The notes under the pieces: model-generated
Databases searched by the model: none
Told to the model about the DNA's origin: nothing
What the model saw: only the letters and a program-made list of their open reading frames with translations
Program-made: the position numbers and the translations under genes
Shown: piece by piece, positions 10,835 through 22,291 of the stretch
Numbering within the stretch: position 1 is the first letter of the stretch
Layout of the letters: each line of letters starts with the position of its first letter
Assembly: GCA_963796275.1 (NCBI GenBank)
Contig: CAWCKY010000004.1
Span: 192,001-256,000, forward strand
Direction of reading: 5' to 3'
Length of the DNA: 64,000 nt
DNA from: an uncultured Acidobacteriota bacterium
GTDB taxonomy: Bacteria; Acidobacteriota; Blastocatellia; RBC074

Positions 10835-12625
10835 TTACGGATCGAAGCTGCGAATCGTTCGTAAAAGATCAATGCCTGTGAAATCTTCCGATCGCGTACA
10901 TTCTTCGAAGAGTGGCGTGTTGATCACCGCCGCCTCGTAGATGCCGGGCAATCCCGATGAATCGCGTGGTGATCCCATCCACCCGGTTGGAGTGGTGATC
11001 TGGTAGTTTGAAATGCAAAGATTCCGGTTGACGATGTGATGGGTGATGGCGCCGCTGCTGCTCTCCCAAAATCCGGCGCCGATCGTTTTTTGCGGGATGA
11101 ACTGACCGGCCGACATCCCGGTCTGTCCAGTCCGCACCAGATCGAAGGCTTTGAGCAGGCTGGCATATGCGGTCAGGCCGGCATATGCCATTTGATATGC
11201 GCGGGCGCGGTTGCGCTCGAGTGTGTTCGGCTTTGCCGGTATCTGCCAGCGTAATGTGATGGCCGGCCGCGTGCCCATCGGCATATCAAACTCCAAACCA
11301 TAGCGGTCCTGCCTGATAAATTCACAATCAAGACTTCTGCTCAATGCGTTTACCCAAAGAAGCGCGATCGGCCCCGTCTCCATCGACTGGCGATCCCACC
11401 TCGTCGAGGTGCTCCAGCTGTAGCGATTCTTCAATTGACGTTCAGCCGGATCGGGAATCGTCTCCTTGTTCCACGGATGCAGGTGAGACAGCGGCATGCT
11501 CAAGGGATCAGTCGGAAACGAACAATGATTCCATTGCCGATAGAATGAGTGATCGATAAATTCTTCGATCCCTATGTTGATATCGCTCAGCCTCGCCGTG
11601 CGCCATTCCCGGTTAGTGATGATACCCGGGCTCGCCATTCGGCGCCTCGCCCATTCATTACAGTTCGCGTAACTCGCGTCGTAACTTGCGGGATCGTCCC
11701 AACACCCCACGCTCAGAAAATTTCCCGGCAATTCGCCGGCGAGGCGATAGAGCGGGTCTGCTTCATAAAAGAACTCTACCAGGTCGTCCCAGATCGCCGT
11801 AACTTTCTTCGAGTAATCGAGCAGCGTGCTGACGCGACCGAGAATCTGATTAAAAAGATCCTTGTCCGCTTCGATCCCCAATCCGCCAGGATAAATCGTG
11901 GTCGGATGCGGATACTTGCCGAAAATCATGGTGGCGATTTCGCATCCCAACCTCGACATCTGGAGAGCCTCGAGATAAAGCGGGCCGTACATCGTGTTCA
12001 TCTCGCGCATGATATCGGCGATGGACATCAGACCGTGAATCTCGACGCCAGGAGCCCTCGTCACTTGCGCTTTGGCCCATATCGAGAGGCTGGTGCGACT
12101 GACTGCGGCCTCGGAATAGTCCGGCCCGGTGAGCAGGAATAGATGGCGGGCGCATTCGCTCAGCATCTCGCCACACGATCCCAGATTCCGCGCGATGATC
12201 GCCAGCGGGGGCGGCGTGAGATTCCCGGTCATCTCCAATGCCATCGTTGCGGCGATCGCGTGGGCGCCGCTCGCTCGCCCACTGGTGCGGCAGGCGATCT
12301 GAGTTGCATCGAAAGGATTCCTCTCCTTCAACATCAGTTCAAAGCCGCAGAATTGCGTGTTTTCGACGTAGGCATCGAGCACTCGCCGTTGCTCGAAATC
12401 GATTATAGAATTCAAGACCAACCCGCCCGATGCGCGCGTCAACGGATCGATCGTGAAATTCCATACGTCCGGACTTTCGGCACCGCTTTCCATCGTTTGC
12501 TCTATCCCCGGCGCGCGATCCACACGGGGTTCTTCAACGATGTCGAAAGACGCTACCGGTCTATTGTCGTTCAAACGCGCTCGCCCGTAGGCATCATATT
12601 TGATTGGCAAACTCTTGAATACCAC
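10835..12625 (-). CDS. [NiFe]-hydrogenase large-subunit homologue A (group 1h/1l-like) lacking all 4 metal-binding Cys
   Basis: DPLTRASG; L1 motif RTSGRA in place of RxCGxC; [24 protein letters not shown]; ends [14 protein letters not shown]. Confidence 0.85.
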   Translation of the reverse strand: MVFKSLPIKYDAYGRARLNDNRPVASFDIVEEPRVDRAPGIEQTMESGAESPDVWNFTIDPLTRASGGLVLNSIIDFEQRRVLDAYVENTQFCGFELMLKERNPFDATQIACRTSGRASGAHAIAATMALEMTGNLTPPPLAIIARNLGSCGEMLSECARHLFLLTGPDYSEAAVSRTSLSIWAKAQVTRAPGVEIHGLMSIADIMREMNTMYGPLYLEALQMSRLGCEIATMIFGKYPHPTTIYPGGLGIEADKDLFNQILGRVSTLLDYSKKVTAIWDDLVEFFYEADPLYRLAGELPGNFLSVGCWDDPASYDASYANCNEWARRRMASPGIITNREWRTARLSDINIGIEEFIDHSFYRQWNHCSFPTDPLSMPLSHLHPWNKETIPDPAERQLKNRYSWSTSTRWDRQSMETGPIALLWVNALSRSLDCEFIRQDRYGLEFDMPMGTRPAITLRWQIPAKPNTLERNRARAYQMAYAGLTAYASLLKAFDLVRTGQTGMSAGQFIPQKTIGAGFWESSSGAITHHIVNRNLCISNYQITTPTGWMGSPRDSSGLPGIYEAAVINTPLFEECTRSEDFTGIDLLRTIRSFDP

Positions 12626-12716
12626 TGATTCCAGTTTCCAGTGTTCTGTTTTCAGTTATCAGTTTTCAGACAATCAAGATCGGCAACCACTAAAAACTGA
12701 ATTGAAAACTATTTTT

Positions 12717-13562
12717 TCAACCCGGGTCCGGACGGGCGAGATGAAGGAGGCGATCGGCGAAACCACGCTCGGTACAACCGATGCAACTCCCACCCACGCG
12801 GACACAACCGCCGAAATTCCTCAACCACCCATTGACCGGCACCGAGCAATTGACCGTCGGGCGGTTCGTCAGATCAATTCCGCCAGCCGGAGAATATTCG
12901 ACACGCGGTGGCAATGGATGTGTTTGGTGACTGAAAAGCCAGCGAGGACGGCGTTCCTCATCCAAATCGATGGGTACCAGTTGAGCTAAATGCAGAAAAA
13001 CGTAAATCAAGGTCTCAATAAAACCTTCACCTGTCGGAGCACAACCTGGAAGATTGATGACGGGCAATTTGGCCTGGCTTCTGAAATCCTGGCCTAGATA
13101 TTCATCGAGGCCGTTGGCAGCGATCGGGCTGCCGGCCGAAGCCGGAATACCTCCCCAGGTCGCACAGCTACCAATCGCTATAACCGCCTCGGCCCTGCGC
13201 GCCAGCCGGTCAACCCACGCGGCGGTCGTGATCGGCTTGCCATTCTGTGTCATTCCCAAACGTGAAAAGCTTCCATCTCCGGCGCGCGACTCGTCCGGGA
13301 TTGCACCTTCAAGCACCAGAACAAAGGGAGAGTAGGCGCCCTCGGCAGCGCGTTCGAGATGGGCGCGATACGAATCGCCGCTCTCCAGTGAAAATTCGGG
13401 GTGAATCATTACTACGCGAGGCACGTCGGGCACATTGCCCATAATTAAATCTTCTATCCCGGGTTCAGAGGCGCAGAGCATCGCCATCGTGCATCCGTTG
13501 CAACCAGCCCCGGTTAACCAGATCAGATGTACAGCCTCGAGCGATGTCCCTTCGCTCTGCAT
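12717..13562 (-). CDS. [NiFe]-hydrogenase small-subunit homologue (no Tat signal; distal-cluster motif missing)
   Basis: [42 protein letters not shown]...[14 protein letters not shown]...GF; GAGGAG RBS. Confidence 0.88.
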   Translation of the reverse strand: MQSEGTSLEAVHLIWLTGAGCNGCTMAMLCASEPGIEDLIMGNVPDVPRVVMIHPEFSLESGDSYRAHLERAAEGAYSPFVLVLEGAIPDESRAGDGSFSRLGMTQNGKPITTAAWVDRLARRAEAVIAIGSCATWGGIPASAGSPIAANGLDEYLGQDFRSQAKLPVINLPGCAPTGEGFIETLIYVFLHLAQLVPIDLDEERRPRWLFSHQTHPLPPRVEYSPAGGIDLTNRPTVNCSVPVNGWLRNFGGCVRVGGSCIGCTERGFADRLLHLARPDPG

Positions 13563-13971
13563 GGATAACTCCTCAAAAGATTATTTCATCAGCTCTCTAA
13601 ATGGGGGGGATGTGAGCTGAAACTACAGAAACGATCCACTCATACGACCAGTGACAATGATCAACCTAAGTTTAATATGATCAAATGATTTCCGCTACTG
13701 GCTGTCGCTCAGTCATGAGTGAGCGGATTATAAACATACTAATCAGGTTGCGCAACTGGTCTGACGCTACCCGTGAATTTGCGTGTAATCGCGGTAGAGA
13801 ATAGAATCACCGTTCTTCATTCGTCTCGTATCTTCGTGTTCTATTTTCAGACCACCCGTTCAACGAACGTTGCGCGAAAACCACTGAAAATAGACAGGAT
13901 TTATCGGATTTTCAGGATTTACCGGGTCGCAGCGATTCTTGAAAATACCGTCTATTGCCAGAGGAGTTTTT

Positions 13972-14718
13972 ATGAACCCTGAGCAACTTCAGAAGTTGCA
14001 TTACGACCGTATCGCTCAAGAATATGAGGCCCATTATGACGATTCAAACAGCCAGCGATACCGCGACAAATTCTATCATCGGACGATGTTCGAGGGGATG
14101 AATCTGACCGGCATGAATGTGCTCGAGGCGATGTGCGGGAGCGGGCAAACGACCCAATTCCTGCTCTCCGAGGGCGCGCAGGTCACCGGTTTGGATATCT
14201 CGAATGAGACCATATCTTCCTTCAGCAGACGCTGGCCAAATTGCAATGCGATCTGCGCTTCGCTGCTCGATTCAGGGTTGGAGAGCGACTCATTCGATGC
14301 CGTCTCGATAGTGGGCGGGCTGCATCATCTGCCTCCCTATGTCGAGAACGCGATCAGCGAAATTCATCGTATTCTCAAGCCGGGCGGATATCTGTGTTTC
14401 GCCGAACCTCATAAAGGATCACTCCCCGACCTGATTCGGCAACTGTGGTACAAACACGATTCGCTCTTCGCCAGCAATGAAGAGGCTATCGATATGACCG
14501 AGCTAAAACGGGCGTTCGCATCGCAGTTCAGCTTCAGAAGAGAGCGATACCTAGGCAACGTCGCGTACCTGCTCGTGCTGAATTCGATGGTCTTCCGTAT
14601 TCCGCTGAGATTGAAACCCGTCTACTCCCCCGCTCTTATACATCTGGAATCTGTGCTCAACCTACTTCAAAGCAAAATGACGGCGTGTCTTGTCGTCTGC
14701 CAATGGCAAAAAAGATGA
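13972..14718 (+). CDS. Class I SAM-dependent methyltransferase
   Basis: [20 protein letters not shown]...[14 protein letters not shown]; GAGGAG RBS before ATG 13972. Confidence 0.85.
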   Translation: MNPEQLQKLHYDRIAQEYEAHYDDSNSQRYRDKFYHRTMFEGMNLTGMNVLEAMCGSGQTTQFLLSEGAQVTGLDISNETISSFSRRWPNCNAICASLLDSGLESDSFDAVSIVGGLHHLPPYVENAISEIHRILKPGGYLCFAEPHKGSLPDLIRQLWYKHDSLFASNEEAIDMTELKRAFASQFSFRRERYLGNVAYLLVLNSMVFRIPLRLKPVYSPALIHLESVLNLLQSKMTACLVVCQWQKR

Positions 14719-15441
14719 ATAGTGCTCATCCACCGGACTCGATACCTTTGCGTGGACGCGTTTCATCAGCTCATCGACATCTTCTTTTTTCAGCCCTTTC
14801 GTCTCGATCGTGTCGTGCAAGTGCACCGTGATCTTCGAAGGATAGAGCATCCAATCGCCCTTCCGGCTGAATTCATATGCACCGACGATGCTCATCGGAA
14901 CGATGGGATAACCGAACTGAATCGCCATGCGAAATACGCCCGGGTTGAATGGGCCGACCCGGCCATCGGTAGTGCGGGTCCCTTCGGCGAAGACAATCAG
15001 GCTGATTCCTCGATCGAGCGCTCCCCGCGCCATCTTCAACATCTTTTTATAGGCGGATAAATTCCCTTCCGGAGGCACCGGTATATTCCCGAATTGCTTC
15101 ATCATCCAGCCATAGGCCGGAACGCTGAAATGAGATTCATTCTCCAGCCCGCGGACGAACTGAGGGATGGCGGAATAGATGATAAATGCATCCCAGATGT
15201 CGATGTGGTTGCAGACGAAGAAACTCGTGCGCCGCCGGTCCAATCCCGGAGAATACTTGACTGCCAAATCAACGCCGGCGACCCGCAGGATGTTGCGGAA
15301 AAGCCACCGCTGCGGCCGGTCGTTTTTACGCGGATCGATGAAAATCCCGAGCAGGACTAATACAGTGCAGATCGGAAAGAAGTGGATGATGCTGACGGTC
15401 CATATAAAAATGCTGCGAGCAATGTAGTAGAGTTTCTTCAT
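14662..15441 (-). CDS. plsC: 1-acyl-sn-glycerol-3-phosphate acyltransferase family protein
   Basis: NHxxxxD (NHIDIWD) and FAEGTRT motifs; N-terminal TM segment. Confidence 0.85.
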   Translation of the reverse strand: MKKLYYIARSIFIWTVSIIHFFPICTVLVLLGIFIDPRKNDRPQRWLFRNILRVAGVDLAVKYSPGLDRRRTSFFVCNHIDIWDAFIIYSAIPQFVRGLENESHFSVPAYGWMMKQFGNIPVPPEGNLSAYKKMLKMARGALDRGISLIVFAEGTRTTDGRVGPFNPGVFRMAIQFGYPIVPMSIVGAYEFSRKGDWMLYPSKITVHLHDTIETKGLKKEDVDELMKRVHAKVSSPVDEHYSSFLPLADDKTRRHFALK

Positions 15442-15610
15442 GATCGGTTGTCGGTTTTCGGTTGCTGGTTGCCGGTTGTTGGTTGTTGGTTGGTTGTTGG
15501 TTGTTGGTTCGCAATTGTTTCGAGGGAAATAAAATCGATGTAAACCGGCTACCGACTACCGATAAAATGTCGCTTGTTGATGTAAACCGACAACCGACAA
15601 CCGATTACCG

Positions 15611-16507
15611 TCACACCATTACATTTAATGCGGAGGGAAGCACTTCCAAACTTTCGCACTGGACCTTCATCACTTCGCCATCAATCATAATATCGACCGG
15701 TTCCTGAAAATCCAGATCGATGCGCTGAGCCCTTCCCACCCAAACGAGCGGATGTGAAATGTGGGTACCGTCGTAGCATTTCGGAAAATTCCGGATGAAA
15801 TCGAATCGATCGGCCGACCAGCGAACGATATCGATCAACCCATCGCGCGTATCGGCATTCGGCGCGAGCATCATTCGACCTCCGGTATACTTGCTGTTAT
15901 TGAATATCAGAAGCGCGGACAGCGGTGGATCGGCTTCAGCCACTCCATCGATTTTCATTCTGAAGATGCGCTTCTTGAAGTTCGCTAAGCAGAGGAGTAC
16001 CGACAACGGGTAACTGGCCGCGCCCAGCGATTTAAACCGATCATTGGCGAGTGTGCAAACATCGGCTACGAAACCGAGGCTCAAGATGTTGATATAAAAA
16101 ATCTCACCATCTTTATGTTTCAGGCGGACCACATCGCAACCGCGCCAGCGCTTTTCCATGATAGCCCGAAACGCATATTCGACTCCTTTATCAGTGAAGT
16201 CGCGCAGGAATGAGTTGCCCGTGCCGAGCGGCAAGAATCCCAGCCACGGTTTAACGCCATCGTTCGCGGCTTCGGGAAACAGGCCGTTGACGATTTCAAA
16301 TGAAGTGCCATCCCCGCCGACTGCGATGAATTTAAGATATCCGTCGCGGTAGGCCGCGCGCGCTATCAGGGTCGCATGCCCCGCGCGCTCGGTTTCAACA
16401 ACGTCAAACTGCAGCCCTGCTGCGCGCAGGCGATCGAGTGAGGGACCGAGAAGCTTGGCGCATTTTCCGAAACCCGCCGCCGGATTGACGATGGCAAGAG
16501 TCTTCAT
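15611..16507 (-). CDS. Diacylglycerol/lipid kinase family protein (YegS/DgkB-like)
   Basis: [31 protein letters not shown]. Confidence 0.9.
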   Translation of the reverse strand: MKTLAIVNPAAGFGKCAKLLGPSLDRLRAAGLQFDVVETERAGHATLIARAAYRDGYLKFIAVGGDGTSFEIVNGLFPEAANDGVKPWLGFLPLGTGNSFLRDFTDKGVEYAFRAIMEKRWRGCDVVRLKHKDGEIFYINILSLGFVADVCTLANDRFKSLGAASYPLSVLLCLANFKKRIFRMKIDGVAEADPPLSALLIFNNSKYTGGRMMLAPNADTRDGLIDIVRWSADRFDFIRNFPKCYDGTHISHPLVWVGRAQRIDLDFQEPVDIMIDGEVMKVQCESLEVLPSALNVMV

Positions 16508-18228
16508 AGCTCTATGACCGCCGTGTGGCGCTCATATCTGTTTCGTAATTCCTCGGCCAGTACAAATCGTTTGATCTTCATCGAAGCGGTGCGCGGGAAA
16601 TCGGTATCACACAGGATGTAGCCGCTTATACGTTTGAAGTTGAGCAGCGTGTTATTACACCTGGAGATTTCCTGGATGACATCATCCGTCAATGCCTGCC
16701 CTTCATTGAGCCTCAGAGCGATCACCAGTTTTTCTCCGAGCATCGTGCGTTCAGGCCACACGTAGTTGGCCGCGAAGATGCAGAACTCCTTGACCGGCAG
16801 CCCATCAAAAGCCTTTTCGATGTCTTCCGGGTAAACGTTCTTCCCTTCTTCGGTGACGATCATATTCTTGACCCGCCCGAAGAGCTGAAGATGCCCCTCC
16901 TCGTCAAATCGTCCGAGGTCCCCGGTCAATAGCCAGCCATCGACGATTGTCTCAGCTGTCAGCTCCGGTTCATCCAGATAATGCGACATCACGGTATCGC
17001 TCCGGACGATGACCTGACCGATCCCGTCATCGTCCGGGTTGACCACCCGGACATCCATCCCGGGAAGCGGTTTGCCGACGGTATCGGCGCGGAACGGTCT
17101 GAAGTCATTGAGGGTGATGGCCGTCCCCGCTTCAGTCAAGCCGTAGCCATTTCCCACCGGAATCCCTACATCATAGAAGAACTGAAGCATCGAAGGATCG
17201 CTGAATGCCCCGCCCGTGAAGACGGCGCGCAGCTTCCCGCCGAACGCCTGGTGTATCTGTCTGAACATACCACGGCTCAGCCTGGGACGCGGCTGATTCT
17301 TCGTCAGAGCGCGATTGATCCTGACCAGTCGATTGAAGAAAAAACGGTTGAAAGGCGACAATTCATCGAGGCGTTTCATCAATGCGATCTGCAGGTTCTT
17401 CAAAATCAGCGGCACCAGGGCGACATACGTGATCTTGTACCGCACAAAGGCCTCGCGCACGAATTCCGGTCGCAATGTGCGCAGATGAATGACAGTCGCG
17501 CCGCAAACGAACGGCCCGATGAATCCAACCATAAAATCTATCGCGTGGTTCGTCGGCAAAATGCTGAGGTATCTCACGCCCGGCCAGAAAGGGAAAAGCG
17601 ATGTAAGCGAGGCGCACTGCTCGAGATAGTTATGGTGCGTCAACACGCACCCTTTTGGAGTTCCGCCGGTGCCCGAAGAGTAAACTATGCACGCCCAATC
17701 TTCACGCTTGCGCTTTACGAATAAAGGCTTCCCCTCGACATCGGGGTCTTCCCAGCGGATCGCGCCATATAGATCCGCATTATCCGGTGCATCGGTCACG
17801 ATCACTGTGCCGACGCTGAATTCCGAAAATCCCTCGCAGCGAGCCATCGCGCGCCACAGGTGATATTCGGTGATCAGCACTTCAGCCTTGGAGTGAGTGA
17901 GCAGAGCCAGATGTTCGGGAGCCGAAAGCTTATAATCGAGTGGGACAACCACGCCTCCTGAGTAAAAGATGGCGTATGCCGAAATCGGCCAGCGCGACTG
18001 GTTGGACAGAATGATCGCCGCACGCGAATCGGCCTCGAACCCGCGGTCCTGGAGAAACCTCGCCAGTGGCATAGCGGCTTCTTTGAATGTACGGTAGGTC
18101 AACCGGTGATTTTCCTTATCGCGATCGGCTTCGATAAGGCAGACTTCTTTGGAGAATCGGTCGATTGCTTCGCGCAGAGCGGATCCTATCGATTGGTGCT
18201 GGCTCAGATTGATCATCCCATTTTTCAT
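16504..18228 (-). CDS. AMP-binding long-chain acyl-CoA/acyl-ACP synthetase
   Basis: [40 protein letters not shown]. Confidence 0.9.
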   Translation of the reverse strand: MKNGMINLSQHQSIGSALREAIDRFSKEVCLIEADRDKENHRLTYRTFKEAAMPLARFLQDRGFEADSRAAIILSNQSRWPISAYAIFYSGGVVVPLDYKLSAPEHLALLTHSKAEVLITEYHLWRAMARCEGFSEFSVGTVIVTDAPDNADLYGAIRWEDPDVEGKPLFVKRKREDWACIVYSSGTGGTPKGCVLTHHNYLEQCASLTSLFPFWPGVRYLSILPTNHAIDFMVGFIGPFVCGATVIHLRTLRPEFVREAFVRYKITYVALVPLILKNLQIALMKRLDELSPFNRFFFNRLVRINRALTKNQPRPRLSRGMFRQIHQAFGGKLRAVFTGGAFSDPSMLQFFYDVGIPVGNGYGLTEAGTAITLNDFRPFRADTVGKPLPGMDVRVVNPDDDGIGQVIVRSDTVMSHYLDEPELTAETIVDGWLLTGDLGRFDEEGHLQLFGRVKNMIVTEEGKNVYPEDIEKAFDGLPVKEFCIFAANYVWPERTMLGEKLVIALRLNEGQALTDDVIQEISRCNNTLLNFKRISGYILCDTDFPRTASMKIKRFVLAEELRNRYERHTAVIEL

Positions 18229-18277
18229 GTGTTCGCTGTAGCACGCCTTTTTTCGATTTATCCATCCGCAAGCAGCA

Positions 18278-18520
18278 TCACAGTCGCGCTTGAATTCGTT
18301 CAGCCAGTGTGCGGAAATCGCTTACACCCTGCACTTCGTAATCAGGCAATTCGACATTGAAATGGTTCTCCAGACGAGTCAGCAGTTCGAGCGCCTGCAA
18401 ACTGTCAATACCCAGTTTTTTGAAATAGTCGTCGTCCGGTGAAAGCTCTTCGCGCGATGCCTTAAAATGCGTCGCGGCAAGCGTGAGTATTTCGTCAACG
18501 ATGTTTTCTGTAGTTTTCAT
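18278..18520 (-). CDS. Acyl carrier protein
   Basis: LGIDSL phosphopantetheine motif; 80 aa from MKTTEN. Confidence 0.88.
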   Translation of the reverse strand: MKTTENIVDEILTLAATHFKASREELSPDDDYFKKLGIDSLQALELLTRLENHFNVELPDYEVQGVSDFRTLAERIQARL

Positions 18521-18606
18521 AAACCCAAGAATAGTTGATAGTTCGTAAACATTGTGGCAACAATCTATACGAACTATCAACTATCAACTGTCAACTATCA
18601 ACTAAT

Positions 18607-19602
18607 TTAGTATGCCCACCGCACCAGTACCGTTCCGGCCGTGAATCCAGCTCCGACAGCGGCGAACAAGACCAGGTCCCCTCTCTTCAATTTACCATCG
18701 TCGATCGCGTCGCCTATGGCCAGCGGAATCGTCCCGGCCGTCGTATTTCCGTACTTGTGAATATTCCGGATAACCTTCTCCTGGGCCAATCCGAGTTTTT
18801 CGGCAGTAGCATCGATGATTCGGATATTCGCCTGGTGTGCGATGAAGGCTCCCAAATCATCGCCGGTCAGGTGATGTTTTTCGAGCATTCTATGACTTAA
18901 CTCTTCCATCTTCCGCACCGCGAATTTGAAGACCGAAGAGCCGTTCTGGTGAACGAAGTGCATATTCTTTTCGACGGTCTCCCGGGTGGACGGATGCAGA
19001 CTTCCGCCGGCGGGCATGCAGAGATTGTCGCCGCCGGAACCATCGATTTCGTGATAATAATCGAGTATCCCAAATTCTTCGTTTTCAGCCGGCTCGAGCA
19101 ACACGGCGCCGGCGCCATCGCCGAAGAGGATGATGGTTGATCGGTCACTCGGATTGACGATGCTCGTCATGACGTCGGTGCCGACGACAAGAACATTTTT
19201 GTGTTGCCCGCTCTCAATGAATTGCGCTCCGGTGGTCAGGGCGTAGAGGAAGGACGAGCAGGCGGCGGAGATGTCAAAACCCCACGCGCGCGTTGCGCGG
19301 ATTTTGTTCTGGATTACGCAGGCCGTCGAGGGGAAGAACATGTCGGGAGTGACCGTCGCAACGATAATCAACTCGATCTCTCCGGCCTCGATGCCGCGAC
19401 GCTTTAGGAGATCGTCGATGGCTTTGACGGCGAGTTCGGAGGCAGGCGTCCCTTTTTCGACCCATCGCCGTTCGTGGATACCGGTACGTTCAACAATCCA
19501 TTCGTGACTGGTCTCAACCAACTTTGCCAGATCGTGATTGGTTACGACGCGCGGCGGCACGTAACGCCCCAACGCTGTGATCTTGGCTCTTCGTTTAGTC
19601 AT
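18607..19602 (-). CDS. fabH: 3-oxoacyl-ACP synthase III
   Basis: [13 protein letters not shown] (Cys), FGDGAGA, HQAN, YGNT. Confidence 0.95.
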   Translation of the reverse strand: MTKRRAKITALGRYVPPRVVTNHDLAKLVETSHEWIVERTGIHERRWVEKGTPASELAVKAIDDLLKRRGIEAGEIELIIVATVTPDMFFPSTACVIQNKIRATRAWGFDISAACSSFLYALTTGAQFIESGQHKNVLVVGTDVMTSIVNPSDRSTIILFGDGAGAVLLEPAENEEFGILDYYHEIDGSGGDNLCMPAGGSLHPSTRETVEKNMHFVHQNGSSVFKFAVRKMEELSHRMLEKHHLTGDDLGAFIAHQANIRIIDATAEKLGLAQEKVIRNIHKYGNTTAGTIPLAIGDAIDDGKLKRGDLVLFAAVGAGFTAGTVLVRWAY

Positions 19603-19690
19603 TCGTTATTCTCCGGAGATACGGGAAAATGCAAAAATGCTAATAGCTGAATATTCCTGGCATTACCTGCTTTTCAATTCCCGCTACATT

Positions 19691-20494
19691 TCAGGGCAAA
19701 TAAGGAAATGGATCGCTGCTCTCCACAAATCTACGCAAGCCGGCTTCGACCGCTGGTCGAGTAAATAGCTCGCAGAAAATTTCGATCTCTTGTCGAAGTT
19801 CGGCGGAGGGGACCGGCTTGATGAACCCTTTCGCTCTGATACTCGTCGCTCGATCAAACTTCCTTACCTGTGCGGCCGCCGCGCGCGCTACTTTGAGCGC
19901 ATCGCCTTCAGCAACCAGCTGGCTGACCAGCCCGATAGTTTGCGCCTTATTAGCATTTATACTCCTACCGGTCAGCAACAAGTCACGAACAATAGCATTA
20001 CCCAGATCACGCTTCAAACGCGGAATGCCGCCGAATCCAGGGATCAGACCCAACCGAAGTTCGGGAAAACAGAACCGGGCCATCTTGTCCGCAATGATCA
20101 GGTCGCAAACGAGCGCGAGTTCGAATCCGCCTCCGAATGCCATGCCGTGGACAGCTGCGATCGTCACGAGCGGCGAAGCGTCGAGCGTGTTCATCACGCC
20201 ATGAATACGGTTGAGAAACTCGCGAACGCGCGGCGCGGCGTTTTCAAATCCCAATTCTTTGGCGCGGAGATAGAGTTCGCGCAGATCGGCCCCGGCGCAG
20301 AAACCCGATTTCATGCGGCTGTAAATGATGAGCGCGTGTGCTTCATCCTTTAATATTTCGTGCGCCTCAACGAATCGTTCGAGCTCTTCGAGGGTCTTCG
20401 AGCCGATTTCATTGCAGGGCTCACGATGCAGGGCCAGTTCGATACAACCATCGCGCATTTCCCACGAAATCGTCTCACCGGTGAAGCTTTTCAT
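19691..20494 (-). CDS. Enoyl-CoA hydratase/isomerase family protein
   Basis: [33 protein letters not shown]. Confidence 0.9.
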   Translation of the reverse strand: MKSFTGETISWEMRDGCIELALHREPCNEIGSKTLEELERFVEAHEILKDEAHALIIYSRMKSGFCAGADLRELYLRAKELGFENAAPRVREFLNRIHGVMNTLDASPLVTIAAVHGMAFGGGFELALVCDLIIADKMARFCFPELRLGLIPGFGGIPRLKRDLGNAIVRDLLLTGRSINANKAQTIGLVSQLVAEGDALKVARAAAAQVRKFDRATSIRAKGFIKPVPSAELRQEIEIFCELFTRPAVEAGLRRFVESSDPFPYLP

Positions 20495-22149
20495 ACTTTT
20501 TTGGAATGATACAGATCCTCGATCTGAGACTGAAATTGTGCGGCAATGGCATCGCGCCGCAGCTTGCCATTCGCCGTCAGCAATCCGCTCTCGATCGTCA
20601 AAGGCTCTTTGTTGAGATGAAATGCGTGTATACGCTTGTAATGCGGCAACTGCAGATTGACCGTCTCCAGAGCCTGTTCAACCTGCTCGTGCGACACCTC
20701 CCCAGTGATCAATGCAGTCAGGAAACCGCGGCCATTACCCATTACCACGCATTGCTGCGCGTCCGGCAGTTTAAAAAGAACCTTCTCCTCGATAGGCTCG
20801 GGCGCAATGTTATGGCCGGAATTCAGGATGATCAGGTTCTTGATTCTACCGACGATCGCCCATTTGCCTTGCTCATCGACTTCGCCTTGATCTCCGGTGC
20901 GCAGCCAACCGTCGTTCATCGTTTTCGCCGTAGCCTCAGGCTTCCCCCAGTAACCGGCGAAGATATTAGGCCCTCGTACCAGTATCTCATCGCCTTCGCC
21001 GAGTTCCATCTCTACCCCGGGAACCGCCGGTCCCACACGACCGGGTACGAAATCGCGCGGGTCATCCAACGTGCAGATAGCCGTGGTTTCGGTCAAGCCA
21101 TAAACCTGTAAGACGCGAATCCCGAGCATGAGGAAGAAAAGTTGCGTATCTTTCGCCAGAGGCGCAGAGCCGCAGATCAGCGCCCGCAGGCTCGACCCGA
21201 TCTTTTTTTTGATGGAAGAAAAGATCAGCGAATTTGCCAATGAGAACCAAAACCCGTCAAAACCCGACGCTTTTCCCTCGTACTTTCGCAGCCAGGCCGC
21301 TTTGCCATTGTGATAAACCTTGCGGATGATACCCGGCTTCCGCGCTATCTGGCTCTCAACACCCGTGCGAATACGCTCGAGCAATACCGGGACGTTGAGG
21401 AAATATTGCGGTTGGGCTAGTGTCAGCTCCTCTCCGAGTTTATTGAGATCGGTCGATAGAGTCAGCAGACTGTGGCGCGACAAACACCCAAGAAGCAGGA
21501 TCCACGAGCCGGCGAAGCAGAAGGGCAGATAATGAAAAACGTGATCCGGATAACTCTCGCTTTCGCCTTCCATCAACTGATCGAGCCGCATCCCCACACA
21601 GCTCAGCATAAATGTGACGTTGCCGGCATTTAGCATAACTCCCTTCGGCTCGCCCGAAGTACCGGATGTATAGATGAGAGTGACGACTTCCCCATCATCG
21701 AGCGTCAGCGGTCCATCAGCCAGCTCATCTGCCGGCTTGGCCGAAAAGATTTCCTCGAAGAGCTTCAACCTCAGCGTTCCAGCATGTTGGTTCTTCGCTA
21801 TCCCATCGAGGAGCTCTTCACTGCTGCAGCAAACCATCGCCGCGCCGCAATCTTTGAGCATACGGGCGAGCTCATCCGGCGCCTGTCTCGGATAGAGGGG
21901 GACCACGATGATGCCTTCGGCGATGAGCGCCAGATCCAGCGCCGCCCATCGAATACTGTTAGGCGCGAGCAATCCGCAGCGGTCGCCTTTCTGTAAGCCC
22001 GATTGGCGAATGAAGCTGCGCGCCGTCCGGATCGATGTAAGCAGTTCGCCCGCAGTCGCGCCAACGAACTGGCCGTCACGAACCTCACGCAAGATAGGAA
22101 GGTCGGGTCTTTGTTTCAGTCGATGAAAGATGTTTTCGATAAAGTTCAT
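20491..22149 (-). CDS. Long-chain acyl-CoA synthetase (AMP-binding)
   Basis: [30 protein letters not shown]...IAPEPIE. Confidence 0.9.
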   Translation of the reverse strand: MNFIENIFHRLKQRPDLPILREVRDGQFVGATAGELLTSIRTARSFIRQSGLQKGDRCGLLAPNSIRWAALDLALIAEGIIVVPLYPRQAPDELARMLKDCGAAMVCCSSEELLDGIAKNQHAGTLRLKLFEEIFSAKPADELADGPLTLDDGEVVTLIYTSGTSGEPKGVMLNAGNVTFMLSCVGMRLDQLMEGESESYPDHVFHYLPFCFAGSWILLLGCLSRHSLLTLSTDLNKLGEELTLAQPQYFLNVPVLLERIRTGVESQIARKPGIIRKVYHNGKAAWLRKYEGKASGFDGFWFSLANSLIFSSIKKKIGSSLRALICGSAPLAKDTQLFFLMLGIRVLQVYGLTETTAICTLDDPRDFVPGRVGPAVPGVEMELGEGDEILVRGPNIFAGYWGKPEATAKTMNDGWLRTGDQGEVDEQGKWAIVGRIKNLIILNSGHNIAPEPIEEKVLFKLPDAQQCVVMGNGRGFLTALITGEVSHEQVEQALETVNLQLPHYKRIHAFHLNKEPLTIESGLLTANGKLRRDAIAAQFQSQIEDLYHSKKV

Positions 22150-22291
22150 TCGGTGAAGCCCCTTGTCATTGTTAATTGTTCATTGTTGATTTTCATTTGT
22201 CATTTGTCATTTAAGAATTAAGCTACCGTTTTTTTCTTCAATGACAAATGTCAAATCAACAATGAGCAATGAAAAATGACGGGTGGGCCAG

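Noticed and set aside
8850-10837. Selenocysteine read-through or a VhuU-like trans-acting peptide restoring the hydrogenase C-terminal ligands
   Set aside because: Both stops are TAA rather than TGA, the downstream codons give no xxCxxH, the N-terminal Cys are also lost, and the only small ORF I noticed downstream (MPVILIFIDSLGEAEYL) has no Cys.
8850-13562. Functional H2-uptake hydrogenase operon
   Set aside because: Metal ligands, the canopy Arg and the distal cluster are missing, and no maturation genes are present in the window.
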